Positions 42,160 through 52,382 are shown, counted from the stretch's first letter. The stretch: 64,000 bases of DNA from Alphaproteobacteria bacterium (GCA_965214705.1 CBDCCI010000002.1:544001-608000); one strand, 5' to 3'. A program made the numbers and translations. The notes: generated by a model not told the origin, from the letters alone.

Positions 42160-42510
42160 TCACTCCGCCGCCAGCGGGCGGCGAACCGGGCGGGCCTTCA
42201 CCCGGCGCCAGTCCAGACCCTCGAAGAGGGCCTCGAACTGGCCCTTCGTAAGGCGCATCACACCATCCTCGATCCGAGGCCAGGCGAAGCGGCCCTGCTC
42301 CAGACGCTTGTAGGTCATCACCAGACCGCTGCCGTCCCACGCAAGGAGCTTGAGCCTGTCGCCGCGGCGCGAGCGGAAGATCACGATCACCCCGGAATAG
42401 ATATCGAGGTCCAGCTCCCCCGCCGCCGTCGCCGCAAGCGCGTCGTGGCCGCGACGAAAATCAACCGGCCGCGTCGCCAACACGATGCGAAGCGAGGGGG
42501 CCGCGATCAT
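42160..42510 (-). CDS. tnpB: IS66 TnpB
   Basis: Protein identical to copy 1. Confidence 0.95.
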   Translation of the reverse strand: MIAAPSLRIVLATRPVDFRRGHDALAATAAGELDLDIYSGVIVIFRSRRGDRLKLLAWDGSGLVMTYKRLEQGRFAWPRIEDGVMRLTKGQFEALFEGLDWRRVKARPVRRPLAAE

Positions 42511-42962
42511 GACGACGCCCGGCCCAGGCCCGAGGCCACCGCAACAATCCGATCGACCGCGCTCTCCACCGGAAGGCGAACGACCACGCCTAGCGCCTCG
42601 ATCGCCACCGTCCGCTCGGACGTCACGCTATCAACCACCACGGGAACAAATGGCGGTGCAGAGCCACCAATCCGAGCGCCCGGAAGAGTTCCCTCCCGCG
42701 CGCGCCGCCGCCACTTGGTCAGGGTCGTATCGCTGACGCCATGGCGGCGCGCGACCGCCGCAACCGAAGAGCCCGGCTCAAAGCTCTCCGAGACAATCCG
42801 CGCCTTCTCATCGTCCGGCCAGCGTCGCATGGGGGCCGGCTCAGACGGAGCCGGGGCGGCTCCCTCAGAAGCTGGGATCTCAACCGAAGCAACAGCGACA
42901 CCGTCGCCAGATGCCAAAATCGAATCTGTCATCGCGATCTCTCCTGTGTGGCTCGTGGTCAA
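42507..42962 (-). CDS. tnpA: IS66 TnpA
   Basis: Protein identical to copy 1. Confidence 0.9.
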   Translation of the reverse strand: MTTSHTGEIAMTDSILASGDGVAVASVEIPASEGAAPAPSEPAPMRRWPDDEKARIVSESFEPGSSVAAVARRHGVSDTTLTKWRRRAREGTLPGARIGGSAPPFVPVVVDSVTSERTVAIEALGVVVRLPVESAVDRIVAVASGLGRASS

Positions 42963-43022
42963 GGCGGAGAGTCAGCCCCGAAATCAGATCCGCTGGAAGT
43001 ATGGGGGCCCGATACCGCTTAC

Positions 43023-44315
43023 CTTGAGCTTCGCCAACTCCGGCGGGATGGCCCCGGTCAAGGCGTTGAGGCCGAGATGCAGATACTCGAGGCTCGCCAG
43101 ATTTCCCAGCTCGGGCGGAATGCGACCGGTGAGCCGATTGCGTCCAAGGGACAGCGAAACGAGGCGGTCCAGGCGGCCAAGATCCGGGGGGATACGGCCG
43201 TTCAATCCAAGTCCCGCCAGATCCAGCCCGGTGACGCGTCCCTCCGGGCCTTCCACCGTCACGCCCTGCCAGCCGTTGACGGGCACGGTGCGGCTCCAGT
43301 TGAGGGCAATGTCTCCGGCCAGGATGTCCCTCGCCGCCAGCAGTACGGCGCAGTTCGCGCCAGGATTGGCGGTCGGCGAAGGGTCGCAGAACAGCTTCCT
43401 CTCAAGCATGTCGCCGGAAACGTTCCGCAACATCGACCACTGGGACAGACCGTCGGAGAATGCCGCAACGCCGACGAAGCCTGCAATCCCGACAAATCCT
43501 GTGGCGGCCAAAGCCAGGACGAAGGCCCTTGGTTTGCCGCGGACATTGATCAACAGGAACAAAACCATCAACGCACCGAGTATGACCAACGCGGTTCTGG
43601 ACGCCGACCCCAGGCTTGCGGCGACGCCGGCGGCCAGGCCCAGCCAACCGAGCGTGCGCGGCCCGCCATTGGTCAGGAACGCCGCGGCGAGTCCCACCGT
43701 CATGCAGGCGACCAAGCCGGCGTTGTTGGGCTCGGTGAAAGCACCGGTCAGGCGGAATGGAATTCTGTAAGGCGCCAGGATGCCGAGATCGCGCAGAATC
43801 GGCGAAGCGAGAATGATGACGCAGCTCGAAATCAGGACGACAAGCACGCCCTGCAACAACCGGTCGGTGCCGACTCGTTCCAGCACCGCGCGGCCACCGA
43901 CTGCGGCAGCCACGAACACACCAAAACCAAGGACCATAAATCGCAGTGTCCCAGCCGTGCCCGGCCGCCAGTCCGCCTCGTCCATCACGGCAAAGCCGAT
44001 CGCCAGATAGGATGCCACCGCACCGAGCAACAACACGCCGGGCATTCCGCCCACTGTGCTCAGGACAGAGAGGCGTGAGCCGGACTTCCGCCAGGCAAAC
44101 AAGCATCGAATTCCAACCAGGCCCACCAGGATGACTATGCATGCCATGGTCGCCCGTGCGATGACGCCTACGACTTGCGGCATCCCCCAAAGATGCAGTT
44201 CCCGCGCGCCGGTCAGAGCGATGACAGCCAACGTCCAGAACGCGACCGCGATCAGCGCGGTCTGGAGCGCCTCGCTTCGGCGCAGCAGCAAGACTGGATG
44301 TCTGAACAGGAACAT
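43023..44315 (-). CDS. N-terminal fragment: multi-TM ligase-like domain plus the first LRR module
   Basis: Several hydrophobic helices, then NCAVLLAARDILAG...WQGVTV and LRRs. Confidence 0.85.
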
Positions 44316-44630
44316 TTTCTGGATCTGAGGGGCCGACGCTCAAAAATGAATACTAACCCGAAATTGAGGTGTGTGCGCTGGCGTTTTGCCGTGAAAATGT
44401 CTGGGATCGGCGCAAACCAAGTCGTTGCGACGCTGGGGTCCATCCGGCGGCGGCAGTTCACCGTCGGCAACAGGCGCCCGGTTGGGTGGCTACGAGCGGT
44501 AGACTTCCCCGATGTGGCCCGAAGTCGGCCTCCGCCTGAGCGCGTCTACATTTTCATTCTACGGGGTGGCCGAGCCGCCGGCCATGAAAGTTATCGACAG
44601 CGCGCCGCTGATCCAGCTAAAGCCCCAAGA

Positions 44631-46977
44631 TTACGTTTCATACTGCACCTCACTACTCCCTTGGTCGGCAAGATCGGGGAAACGTCCCTGTCTTGGGCTT
44701 GGCCCTGGTTGTTCGGTCGGTGGTGGATCGAGGATTTCGTACAGGTATCGGGGTCTGTCGCTGTAGGCGTGTGCGCGCAGCAGCCCGGCCTTGTGCCATC
44801 TGTAGACCGTCGTGTCGGACACCCCGAATCGGTCGGCGATTTCCAGGGCCGTCAACAGACCGCGTTCGCGCAGTCGATCATGGCGGGACTTGAGAGCGTA
44901 GTTGTCCCGGACCACCTTCACCGATATCGGGTCGAAGGCGTGGCCGTGTCCGGTTCGGTACCCGCGCTGGTTGAGAATCGCTGCGATCTCGCCATCGGTG
45001 TGATCGTTCATCAGCCTGTCGACCTCGGCGACGACCTCGTCGCTGGTCTTGATGAGCTGGGAAGGGTGAGGGTCCGGCGTCCAGGCGATCTGTCGGGTCG
45101 CGCCGCCGCGCAGCCGCACTCCCAGGCTCCGCGTGGCCTTGGTCAGGGTCACGTCCTCGATCAGCAGCCGCGCCATCCGCTTGCGCTCGCGGTGCGGCGT
45201 CGCCGGATCGTTCCACAGGCGGGGGAAGTCGCTGGCCAGGGCGAGGATTCGCTCGCGTTGCGCGTCGTCCAACCCCTGGCCCGGTTCGGCGCGGCTGCGC
45301 TCGCGCTCGCGCTGGGCCTCGTCGAGTGCGCGAAGCTTCGCGTTCCACTCCGCCTCCAGCACGTCGGCCACCATCCGGTTGTCGGGATGGGTCTGCATGA
45401 ACCGCTGGCGCGCCAGGTCGGCTTCCTCGCGGGCGCGCTGCACCCGCTGAGCGCGCCACAGATCCGCCTCTCCGGCGCGCGCGGCGAGTTCGTCCTGCAC
45501 CTGCAACGCGACGTCCAGCGTGAGCGGTGTCATCAGCTCGACCAGCAGCGCGCCAACCGCCCGGTCGATGGCGCCGCCGGATATGCTCTGGCAATTCTCC
45601 GCGCTCGCCGTCTCGACCCTTTCGCGATTGCACAGGTAATGGGGGCTTTGTTGCCCTTTTGCGGTTCGGTAGCGCACCGTCATGTTCCTGCCGCACACGC
45701 CGCAGATCGCCAGGCCCTGCAGCAGCGCAGACCCTTCGCGCGGGGCGCCGCGTCGCTGCGCTGCGGCGTGCGCCTGGGCATTGTCCCGGAGCTGGCGCTC
45801 ATTCTGCTCGAAGCGCTCCCAGGTGATGTAGCCCGGGTGGGCATCGCGCAGCAGCACCGTCCATTCCTCTCGCGGAACGCTTCTGGTCTCGATACCGCCG
45901 CCGGGACGGCGCCGGCTGCGGCTGCGCCCGTACGCGAAAGCGCCGGCGTATCGCGGGTTGTGCAGAAGCCCCCGCGCGCGCGAACCTCAGGGGCTTCCAA
46001 TGCAGCTCACCGCTGTGGGGCCCGCCTTGAGGACGGTACGGAAACAGCAGCTTCTCGTTGTTGAAATGCCTGACCGTGGCGCTGGCCGAGCCGGTCCGCG
46101 CGAAGGTGTCGAATATCAGGCGCAGGCTGTGCTGCACCTGCTCGTCGGGGTCGAGCACCACCTGGCCGAGCGGGTCGTAGACCAGCCCCACCGGCAGCGG
46201 CACCTTCAACTCCCCGCGCTTGGCCTTGGCCAGCACTCCGCCACGCAGCCGGATGCGCATCATATGCAGCTCCGCTTCCGACATGGTCCCTTTGAGCCCG
46301 AGCAGGAGCCTATCGTTGAAGTCGCCGGGGTCGTAGACACCGTCCTCGTCGAGGATGAGCGTCTCGCTCAGGGCGCAGATCTCAAGCAGGCGGTGCCAGT
46401 CTCAGACTTCCTGACCCCGAGCTGGAAAGGTGTGGGCGGTCCCTATAGTCATGATCTTGAGGTTGCACACAAATCTCGTCTCCCTGGGCCTCGCGGCTCC
46501 GTGCGGCACGGCGGCCGCCAGAAATTTTGAGTTGATACGGAACGTCTTGCCGGAGCCACCCGCCGCAACCGGAAAGCCGCAGAAACTGGCGCTTTCGTCT
46601 CGTCTCGCTGGCCGGATCTCCACGCAAACCGTGTCACCCAAAATTATCAGAGGTCAGGAAGTCTGAGTCTGTGGAGTTGCGCGCGAGGCGGCTGACCTCA
46701 AGCCCGAGCACGATCCCGGCCCGGCCCATGCCGACCTCGGCGACCAGATGCTGGAATCCCTCGCGGTCGGCGTCGGCACCGGAGAGACCGAGGTCTTTGT
46801 CGATCACGACGATGCTCTCGGTCGGCCAGCCAGCGCCACGGCCCGCTCCCGCAGCGCGTACTGGCGGCGCGTACTCTCGCCATGGTCGAGCACCTGGCGC
46901 TGGGTAGACTGACGCACGTACAGATAGGCATCGCGGCTCAGGTGGCTCGCGGCCACCTTCTGGTGAGCGGTGTTCAT
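44631..46977 (-). pseudogene. Large serine recombinase with MITE insertion and frameshifts
   Basis: YLYVRQST catalytic motif, MSEAELH, CGVCG Zn ribbon, ends EVQYET; frame breaks near 46830 and 45975. Confidence 0.88.
46403..46665 (+). mobile_element. 263-bp MITE related to the element at 19094-21628
   Basis: TIR CAGACTTCCTGACC; 5-bp duplication AGTCT; its 3' ~45 bp resemble the parent's right end. Confidence 0.9.
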
Positions 46978-47276
46978 GCTGCTTCCCTCCCCATATGACC
47001 CCTGAGCATGGCGATCAAAACGTCGATCGCCGACGTCTCGACCCCGGTGGGCAACGGCCCGGGCGAGGCCCCCGCACGCACAGCGATCGTCGGAGCGGGC
47101 AGTTCGGCGAAGGCATGCAGCCAGGCCGCGACGCCGCGCAGCGCCACTACGGCGAGCCCGTGGCGATCGTCGCCGGCGCCGGGCTCGACGGCATGACGGC
47201 GCATCCGCTCGTAACCGTGCCCGTAGGCGGAATGTTCCGCCGCGGGGAGCGCGGCGCATGGCGGGCGGCGCATCAT
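46974..47276 (-). CDS. Hypothetical protein of the serine recombinase element
   Basis: YERMRRHA...GLAVVALRGVAAW; homolog of 52841..53134; ATGA-coupled on both sides. Confidence 0.75.
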   Translation of the reverse strand: MMRRPPCAALPAAEHSAYGHGYERMRRHAVEPGAGDDRHGLAVVALRGVAAWLHAFAELPAPTIAVRAGASPGPLPTGVETSAIDVLIAMLRGHMGREAA

Positions 47277-47734
47277 CGGCGTTTTTTTCCCCGCGCGATG
47301 GCGCGATCTATGCTGCTGCGATGGATCGAGATGCCGAAGCGTTCGCGCACCAGCTCGACCAGCGCGGCGGCGGTCAACTCCGGCTGCTTGCTCTTCGCCG
47401 TCTGCAACGCCTCGACCACCTCGTCGCTGAGCTTGTGCGCACGCCGCGGTCCCGGCCGGTCCGGCAGCAGGCCCGGCAACCCGCCAGCCTCCCAGGCGCG
47501 CTGCGCTTGATACCAGGTGGGCCGCGAGACGCCGAAGCTGGCGGCAGCGTGGCTCACCGGCACGCCATCCTCGCGCACCCGGCGCAGCATCTCGTACCTG
47601 ACCTGGAGCAGGTCGCGCGGGTCGAAGAACGGGTTCGACAGGAACAGCTCGTCGCGCACCGCCTCCGCGCGCGGGTTCAGGCAGCCGTGCTGCTTGAGGG
47701 AGCGAGACTTGGCGTCGGCGGGGCGTCTGGCCAT
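47273..47734 (-). CDS. HTH protein of the serine recombinase element
   Basis: FFDPRDLLQVRYEMLR, FGVSRPTWY, GPRRAHKL; homolog of 52383..52844. Confidence 0.85.
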   Translation of the reverse strand: MARRPADAKSRSLKQHGCLNPRAEAVRDELFLSNPFFDPRDLLQVRYEMLRRVREDGVPVSHAAASFGVSRPTWYQAQRAWEAGGLPGLLPDRPGPRRAHKLSDEVVEALQTAKSKQPELTAAALVELVRERFGISIHRSSIDRAIARGKKRR

Positions 47735-47916
47735 CGCGCGGGCTCCGTGGGGAAAGGAATGTAAATATATTTATACAACATCCCAGAGCGCAATCAACCC
47801 CCTTCTGCCTGCCTGTCACCGAAAACACGCGGAAATGTCGCACATATGCGTCACTCCTTGCCGTCTTCCCGGCCGCCGCGACACCCTGTTCCCGCCATGC
47901 ATACGCAAAAACATTC

Positions 47917-48267
47917 TTACACATGCGGCAAAATCTCCTTGACAGTCCCCGCCCCACCCTCGGCCTCCCTGCCGGCACGGCCGGCCCCCTCCAGGCCGGC
48001 CAGCAATGACCCCAGCGCGAGCAGATCAGACACCCGAAACGCCGACCGGCCCGACCCCACCCGCACAAACGGATCCTCGCAGGCAACGCTGGTCCAGCCT
48101 CGCCGTATGCTGCGCAGCACGCCGTCATCTCCCGTGTAATGCACCAACTCCACTCCCATCACCGACTTGATCTCGACCAGTGGGAACTCACGGCCGTGAA
48201 GCGGATGAAACGGGTGCGTCACCCGGACGAGCTGCCGCTCGACGCATCCGAGGGGTGCAGTTGAGGG
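47917..48267 (-). CDS. Small VTHPFHP-motif protein (DUF5372-like), lacking its own ATG
   Basis: VTHPFHPLHGREF...WTS...DPFV...GRSAFR; homolog of 51851..52201. Confidence 0.7.
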   Translation of the reverse strand, partial: PSTAPLGCVERQLVRVTHPFHPLHGREFPLVEIKSVMGVELVHYTGDDGVLRSIRRGWTSVACEDPFVRVGSGRSAFRVSDLLALGSLLAGLEGAGRAGREAEGGAGTVKEILPHV

Positions 48268-49418
48268 CCCAGTCCCATGATCGTGGCGACGGCCTTTCCG
48301 ACCCTCTCGGCGGCGGCTTCGATGTCGCGGTCGCCGAGGTGGGCGTAGCGGAGCGTCATGCGCGAATTGGAGTGGCCAAGCAGGCGGGAGACGACAGGGA
48401 CCGGCACGCCGTTCATGACCGCGTGGCTCGCCACGGTATGGCGCAGGTCGTGAAGCCGGCAGTCCTCGATGCCGGCCTTGCGGCGGACCCGGTACCAGAG
48501 AGAGAGTTCGGACCCGCGCGGCCGCGACGGATGGCGCGGCGAAGGGAACACGAAGCGGCTTTCTCCCCGCTTCTGGCGGTCCAGGATGCTCCTGGCCTGG
48601 GCGTTGAGGGGAACCTTTCTCGGCCCGGTCTTGCTGTCGGCAAGCATCAGCGCGCCGCTCTGGACCTCGGACCAGCGGAGCCCGGCGATTTCTCCCCTGC
48701 GGCATCCGGTGAGAAGCAGCAGGCGGATAATGTCGGCCTGCGGCCTGAACCGCTCTCCCCGCTTGGCCTCTTCGTCGAGGACGGCGTGAAGACGCGCGAT
48801 CTCCTCGCGCGACAGGAAGCGCGTCATCGGCGGCCGGCGGTTGGGCGCGATGCCCTGCGCGGGGTTGCTGTCGAGGAGGCCGCGGGCGATGGCGAGGTTG
48901 AAGATCGAGCGAAGCAGCTTGAGCGCGTTGTTGGCGTTGCCGGGCGCGGTGCGGCTGAATGCGTCGAACCAGCGCCTGACCTGCGCAGGCGTTATGCGCT
49001 CGAGCGGGGTCGCGCCGAAGGCGGGGAGGAGGCGGGTATCGAGCAGGCAGGCATAGGACTTCCCGGTCGCGGGCTTGCAGCGCCCGAAAATCGCCTCCTT
49101 CCATGGACCCTCCACGAACTCGCGGCACAGGGGGGCGGCGGGCGCCGGACGGACGGGCTTGTCCGTCTCCGGGCTTGCCCGGCGCTCATGGCACTCCCGC
49201 CGCGCCTCCTCCACGGTCCTGGTCGAGACCGGGCCGAGGGAGACGCGCCTGGAGCGCCCCCCGGCGTGCTCCAGCAGAACCCAGGTCTTTCCGCCGCTCG
49301 GACGGACCCGGACCCCGAGGCCGGGCACGCTCTTGTCCCAGACGGCATACTCCCGCGCGCGGGGGCGGAGACCGGCGACGGCGTCGTCGGTGAGCTTCCT
49401 GCGTTCCCTTGCCGGCAC
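48219..49418 (-). CDS. Tyrosine integrase, second of a tandem pair; C-terminal tail runs into the serine recombinase element
   Basis: LLLTGCR, DSKTG, HDLRH, LLGH, LRYAH. Confidence 0.92.
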   Translation of the reverse strand: MPARERRKLTDDAVAGLRPRAREYAVWDKSVPGLGVRVRPSGGKTWVLLEHAGGRSRRVSLGPVSTRTVEEARRECHERRASPETDKPVRPAPAAPLCREFVEGPWKEAIFGRCKPATGKSYACLLDTRLLPAFGATPLERITPAQVRRWFDAFSRTAPGNANNALKLLRSIFNLAIARGLLDSNPAQGIAPNRRPPMTRFLSREEIARLHAVLDEEAKRGERFRPQADIIRLLLLTGCRRGEIAGLRWSEVQSGALMLADSKTGPRKVPLNAQARSILDRQKRGESRFVFPSPRHPSRPRGSELSLWYRVRRKAGIEDCRLHDLRHTVASHAVMNGVPVPVVSRLLGHSNSRMTLRYAHLGDRDIEAAAERVGKAVATIMGLGPQLHPSDASSGSSSG

Positions 49419-49421
49419 GGC

Positions 49422-50543
49422 TCAGCTCCCCAGCACGGCGCCGATGGTCTCGGCGGCCTGCCGCGTCATCGCGTCGGCCGGGTGGGCATACTTGAGGGTG
49501 GTCCCCGGATCGGCATGTCCGAGCAGTCTGCCGATGGCGAGCACGGTCTCGCCATCGCGCAGCGCGATGCTGGCATGGGTATGCCGGAGATCGTGAAGAC
49601 GGGCGTCGCCGAGATCGGCCTCCGCCCGGATGCGCCACCAGAAGCTGTCCAGCCAGTGTTCGCAGTGCGCGCGTCCGGTATGCGGCGACGGAAAGACCCA
49701 ACGGCCGGTCCGCGCGATGCCGTCGAGGACGGCCCGCGCGGGCGCGGACAGCCATACGGTCCGGGGGCCGGTCTTGGAGTCGCGCAGGAACAGGCGGCCC
49801 TCGCGGTAGTCGGACCAGCGGAGCGTCAGGATCTCGCTCTTGCGGCATCCGGTCAGCAGGAGCAGGCGGATCGCGGCGACCTGCCCCGGACACGCCTCGG
49901 CGTGCGCCGCGAGCGCCCGGGAGAGCCTCCGGATCTCGTCGTCCGACAGGAACCGCTCGCGCCCCTTGCGGCGGTATCGCCGGATGCCCCGGCAGGGGTT
50001 GGAGCCCTCGGGCCGCAGCCCCATCCGTTCCGCCCCCTTCATGACGACGGAGAGGATCGGCATGGACCTGTCGGCGGCGGCCGGCGTGGCGGCCAGCGAG
50101 GCGAACCAGTCGCGCACCTCGCGCCGGTCGATATCGGCGACATTGCGCCCCGCGAAATGGGGCATGATCTGCTTGCGGAGGTAGCCCCGGTTGACACCGA
50201 GCGTGCGCGGCTTCCATGTCCGCTCGTACTGCCGGAATACGGTCTCCGCGACGGCCTCGAAGAGCGCCTCCTCGGGACGGGGCGGCGCGGTGTCGCCCCG
50301 CCTGATCGCGGCCAGCATCCCGCTCGCGCGCGAGCGCGCCTCGATCACGCCGACCGCCTCGGCGTCTCCGACGATCTTCCACACTCGTTTGCCGCGATGC
50401 TGGCAGTGGACGAAGAAGCGCTTGCCGCCCGAGGGCAGCACCCGGACGCCGAAGCCCTTGAGCTTGCCGTCGCGGACGTCGCGGGCCGTGCTGCGGGGCT
50501 TGAGCGCCCCGATGCGGGCGTCGGTGAGGTTGGTTTTGGGCAT
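49422..50543 (-). CDS. Tyrosine integrase, first of a tandem pair
   Basis: GFGVRV arm domain, LLLTGCR, HDLRH, LLGH, LKYAH. Confidence 0.92.
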   Translation of the reverse strand: MPKTNLTDARIGALKPRSTARDVRDGKLKGFGVRVLPSGGKRFFVHCQHRGKRVWKIVGDAEAVGVIEARSRASGMLAAIRRGDTAPPRPEEALFEAVAETVFRQYERTWKPRTLGVNRGYLRKQIMPHFAGRNVADIDRREVRDWFASLAATPAAADRSMPILSVVMKGAERMGLRPEGSNPCRGIRRYRRKGRERFLSDDEIRRLSRALAAHAEACPGQVAAIRLLLLTGCRKSEILTLRWSDYREGRLFLRDSKTGPRTVWLSAPARAVLDGIARTGRWVFPSPHTGRAHCEHWLDSFWWRIRAEADLGDARLHDLRHTHASIALRDGETVLAIGRLLGHADPGTTLKYAHPADAMTRQAAETIGAVLGS

Positions 50544-50662
50544 ATCCTCTCTCCCGGTTGCGATTGCAGCCGGGGAACCGGGCGTTGACCGATCCGTCCG
50601 GATGCAACAAGATGCGGGAGAAAAAGCGACCCTCTGTCAGATACTTAGCACCGCAGGTGCGC

Positions 50663-51024
50663 CGCACGGTGTGGCCCTCGAGCACGGCGCGGTGGCCGAT
50701 ATTGGCGGCGATTGTCGATTTGCCGACGCCGTTGGGGCCGACCAGGACGACGTTGGCGGCCTCGTTGAGGAAGTCGAGGCTCATGAGGTCCTCGACAGCC
50801 ATGCGGTCGCAACGCCTGGGCCACGCCCAGTCGAAGTCGGCGAGCGGCTTGAACTTCCCGAGGCGGGCATCGGCGAGGCGGCGCTTGAGGCTGCGGCTGC
50901 GCCGCTCTTCCTCTTCCCAGGCGATGAGGGTGGGCAGCCAGTCGGTCTCGCCGACGTCGTCCCAGTGGGCGACGAGGCCGTGCAGGCCGAGAGCGCGGGC
51001 ACGATCCATGAGGGTGTCGGTCAT
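50663..51024 (-). pseudogene. istB: IstB of a second IS21, truncated
   Basis: LADFDWAW and GPNGVGKS; breaks after EGHTVR. Confidence 0.85.
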
Positions 51025-51850
51025 TCTTCGCTGTCCTCCTCTTCTGCTTCGCCGGCCAGGTCGTCGTACTCCGTCAGGTCGTGGTCGCGGACGGCGATGT
51101 CGCGCACCTTCGGGTCCTTGGGCAGGTCGACCGGGATGGGCGGGGGCTTGCCCCGCTGTTCGCGGCGCCGGGTGAGGCTCAGGCGCACGGCGTTGGGATG
51201 GGGGACACCGCGCTGCAGGGTTTCGTCGATGCCCGCCTCGAGCTCGGCGGCACCGTACTTGTCGAGCAGGCGCAAGAGCGCTGCGACGATGGAACCGAGA
51301 TGGCCGCCGCGTTTGGCGGCGTCGGCGAGCAGTTGCTCGCTGTTGGGCGCGGCCCGGACCAGACGATCCTGGCCGCGCAGGCGCCGGGCACGCCGCTTCT
51401 TCCTGGCCAGTTCGTCGATGTGCTCGGGGTTTTCGACAGGGATCCCCTTGTCGAAGCTGCGCGGATGCGTGGCGATGACGTCGGCGCCGTCGAGAATGCG
51501 CACCTCGTCGAGCGTGGCGAGGACGACGAGGGTGCGCTTCACGTGGGTGTGGGGCACGGAATAATCGTTGCTGTCGAACCTGGCGTAGGGGGTCTTGCCG
51601 ATGGTGACCTCGACCCGCTCGTCGGCGGGGAAACGGTCGTCGGGCAGCCCGATGAGGGAGCTGCGCTCCTTGTCGAAGGCCTCGCGCACGGTGATGGAGC
51701 GGTTCTCGGGCCAGGGGCGGTCGGCGGCGATGCCCTCGCACCAGGCCTCGGCCTGGGCGTTGAGATCGTCGATGTCGCGCCACTCTCGGGCGGCGAAGAA
51801 GCTCTCGCGGACGTAGCGGATCGCCCGCTCCACGCGTCCCTTGGACCAAG
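51021..51850 (-). pseudogene. istA: IstA C-terminal part of a second IS21
   Basis: KGRVERAIRYVRESF and FDSNDYSVP; 5' part missing. Confidence 0.85.
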
Positions 51851-52201
51851 CATTTAACTGCACTCGATCCACAGCATGAGGGTCGAACCTTTCGGGTGAC
51901 GCACCCGTTTCATCCCCTCCACGGACGGGAGTTCGAGCTTCTTCAGAGCCGGGTGTGCCGGGGGATAGAACGGGTGGATTACGTCGACGGGGACGGGGTG
52001 GTGCGTTCCCTCACAGCGGCGTGGACCAGTGCTGGGGCCAAGGATCCCTTCGTCATCGTCGCGTCTGGTCGCTCGGCCTTTCGGCTTCCGGATCTGCTGG
52101 CTCTGGCTGCACTGTTGGATGGCCTGCACGAGGATGGTTTGTTTGGGAGTAGCGCTGGCGGTGGCAGCGGCACTGTAAAGAGTATTACGCCGCATGTGTA
52201 A
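51851..52201 (+). CDS. Small VTHPFHP-motif protein (DUF5372-like), lacking its own ATG
   Basis: Frame open from the element end: HLTALDPQHEGRTFRVTHPFHP. Confidence 0.7.
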   Translation, partial: HLTALDPQHEGRTFRVTHPFHPLHGREFELLQSRVCRGIERVDYVDGDGVVRSLTAAWTSAGAKDPFVIVASGRSAFRLPDLLALAALLDGLHEDGLFGSSAGGGSGTVKSITPHV

Positions 52202-52320
52202 GATATATTTTGCCCAATGCGTTGGAGCGCCCTTCCCCTTTCCGGCAAACTGTCTTGTCTATATCGGGCGTTGTTCATACAGATTCTTCAGATCACGAGA
52301 AGAACTGAGGCAGGACCAGC

Positions 52321-52348
52321 TTGACACCGCATATGATTGCGGCATAAT
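52321..52348 (+). promoter_or_regulatory. Candidate sigma70 promoter for the HTH-hypothetical-recombinase operon
   Basis: TTGACA-16-CATAAT with inverted repeat CCGCA/TGCGG in the spacer; copy A has TTGATT-16-TATAAA at the equivalent place. Confidence 0.55.
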
Positions 52349-52382
52349 ATTCCTTACATTCGTTGCAGATGGAGGCCACCCC

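Larger units (their letters stand above)
40271..43022 (-). mobile_element. IS66 copy 4
   Basis: 8-bp duplication CTTGAGCT. Confidence 0.97.
32705..44315 (-). pseudogene. O-antigen ligase/Wzy-like membrane protein with a nine-module LRR insertion (about 2030 aa reconstructed); two IS66 insertions and one frameshift
   Basis: N-terminal TM region with RLTGAFTEPNNAG and SASRTA; LxxLxLxxNxLTGxIPxELG repeats; C-terminal RPLLW...PVFGHG...PHNLFIMLLGEAG plus TM helices. Confidence 0.85.
44629..48267 (-). mobile_element. Four-gene large serine recombinase element, copy A
   Basis: Ends ...TCAACTGCACC and GAGGTGCAGTATGAAACGTAA resemble those of the copy at 51851-57879; same gene order. Confidence 0.8.

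Noticed and set aside
44330-44628. Right end of the tandem-integrase element
   Set aside because: Only a weak partial match (CTGTC-GATA) to the left end; not supportable.
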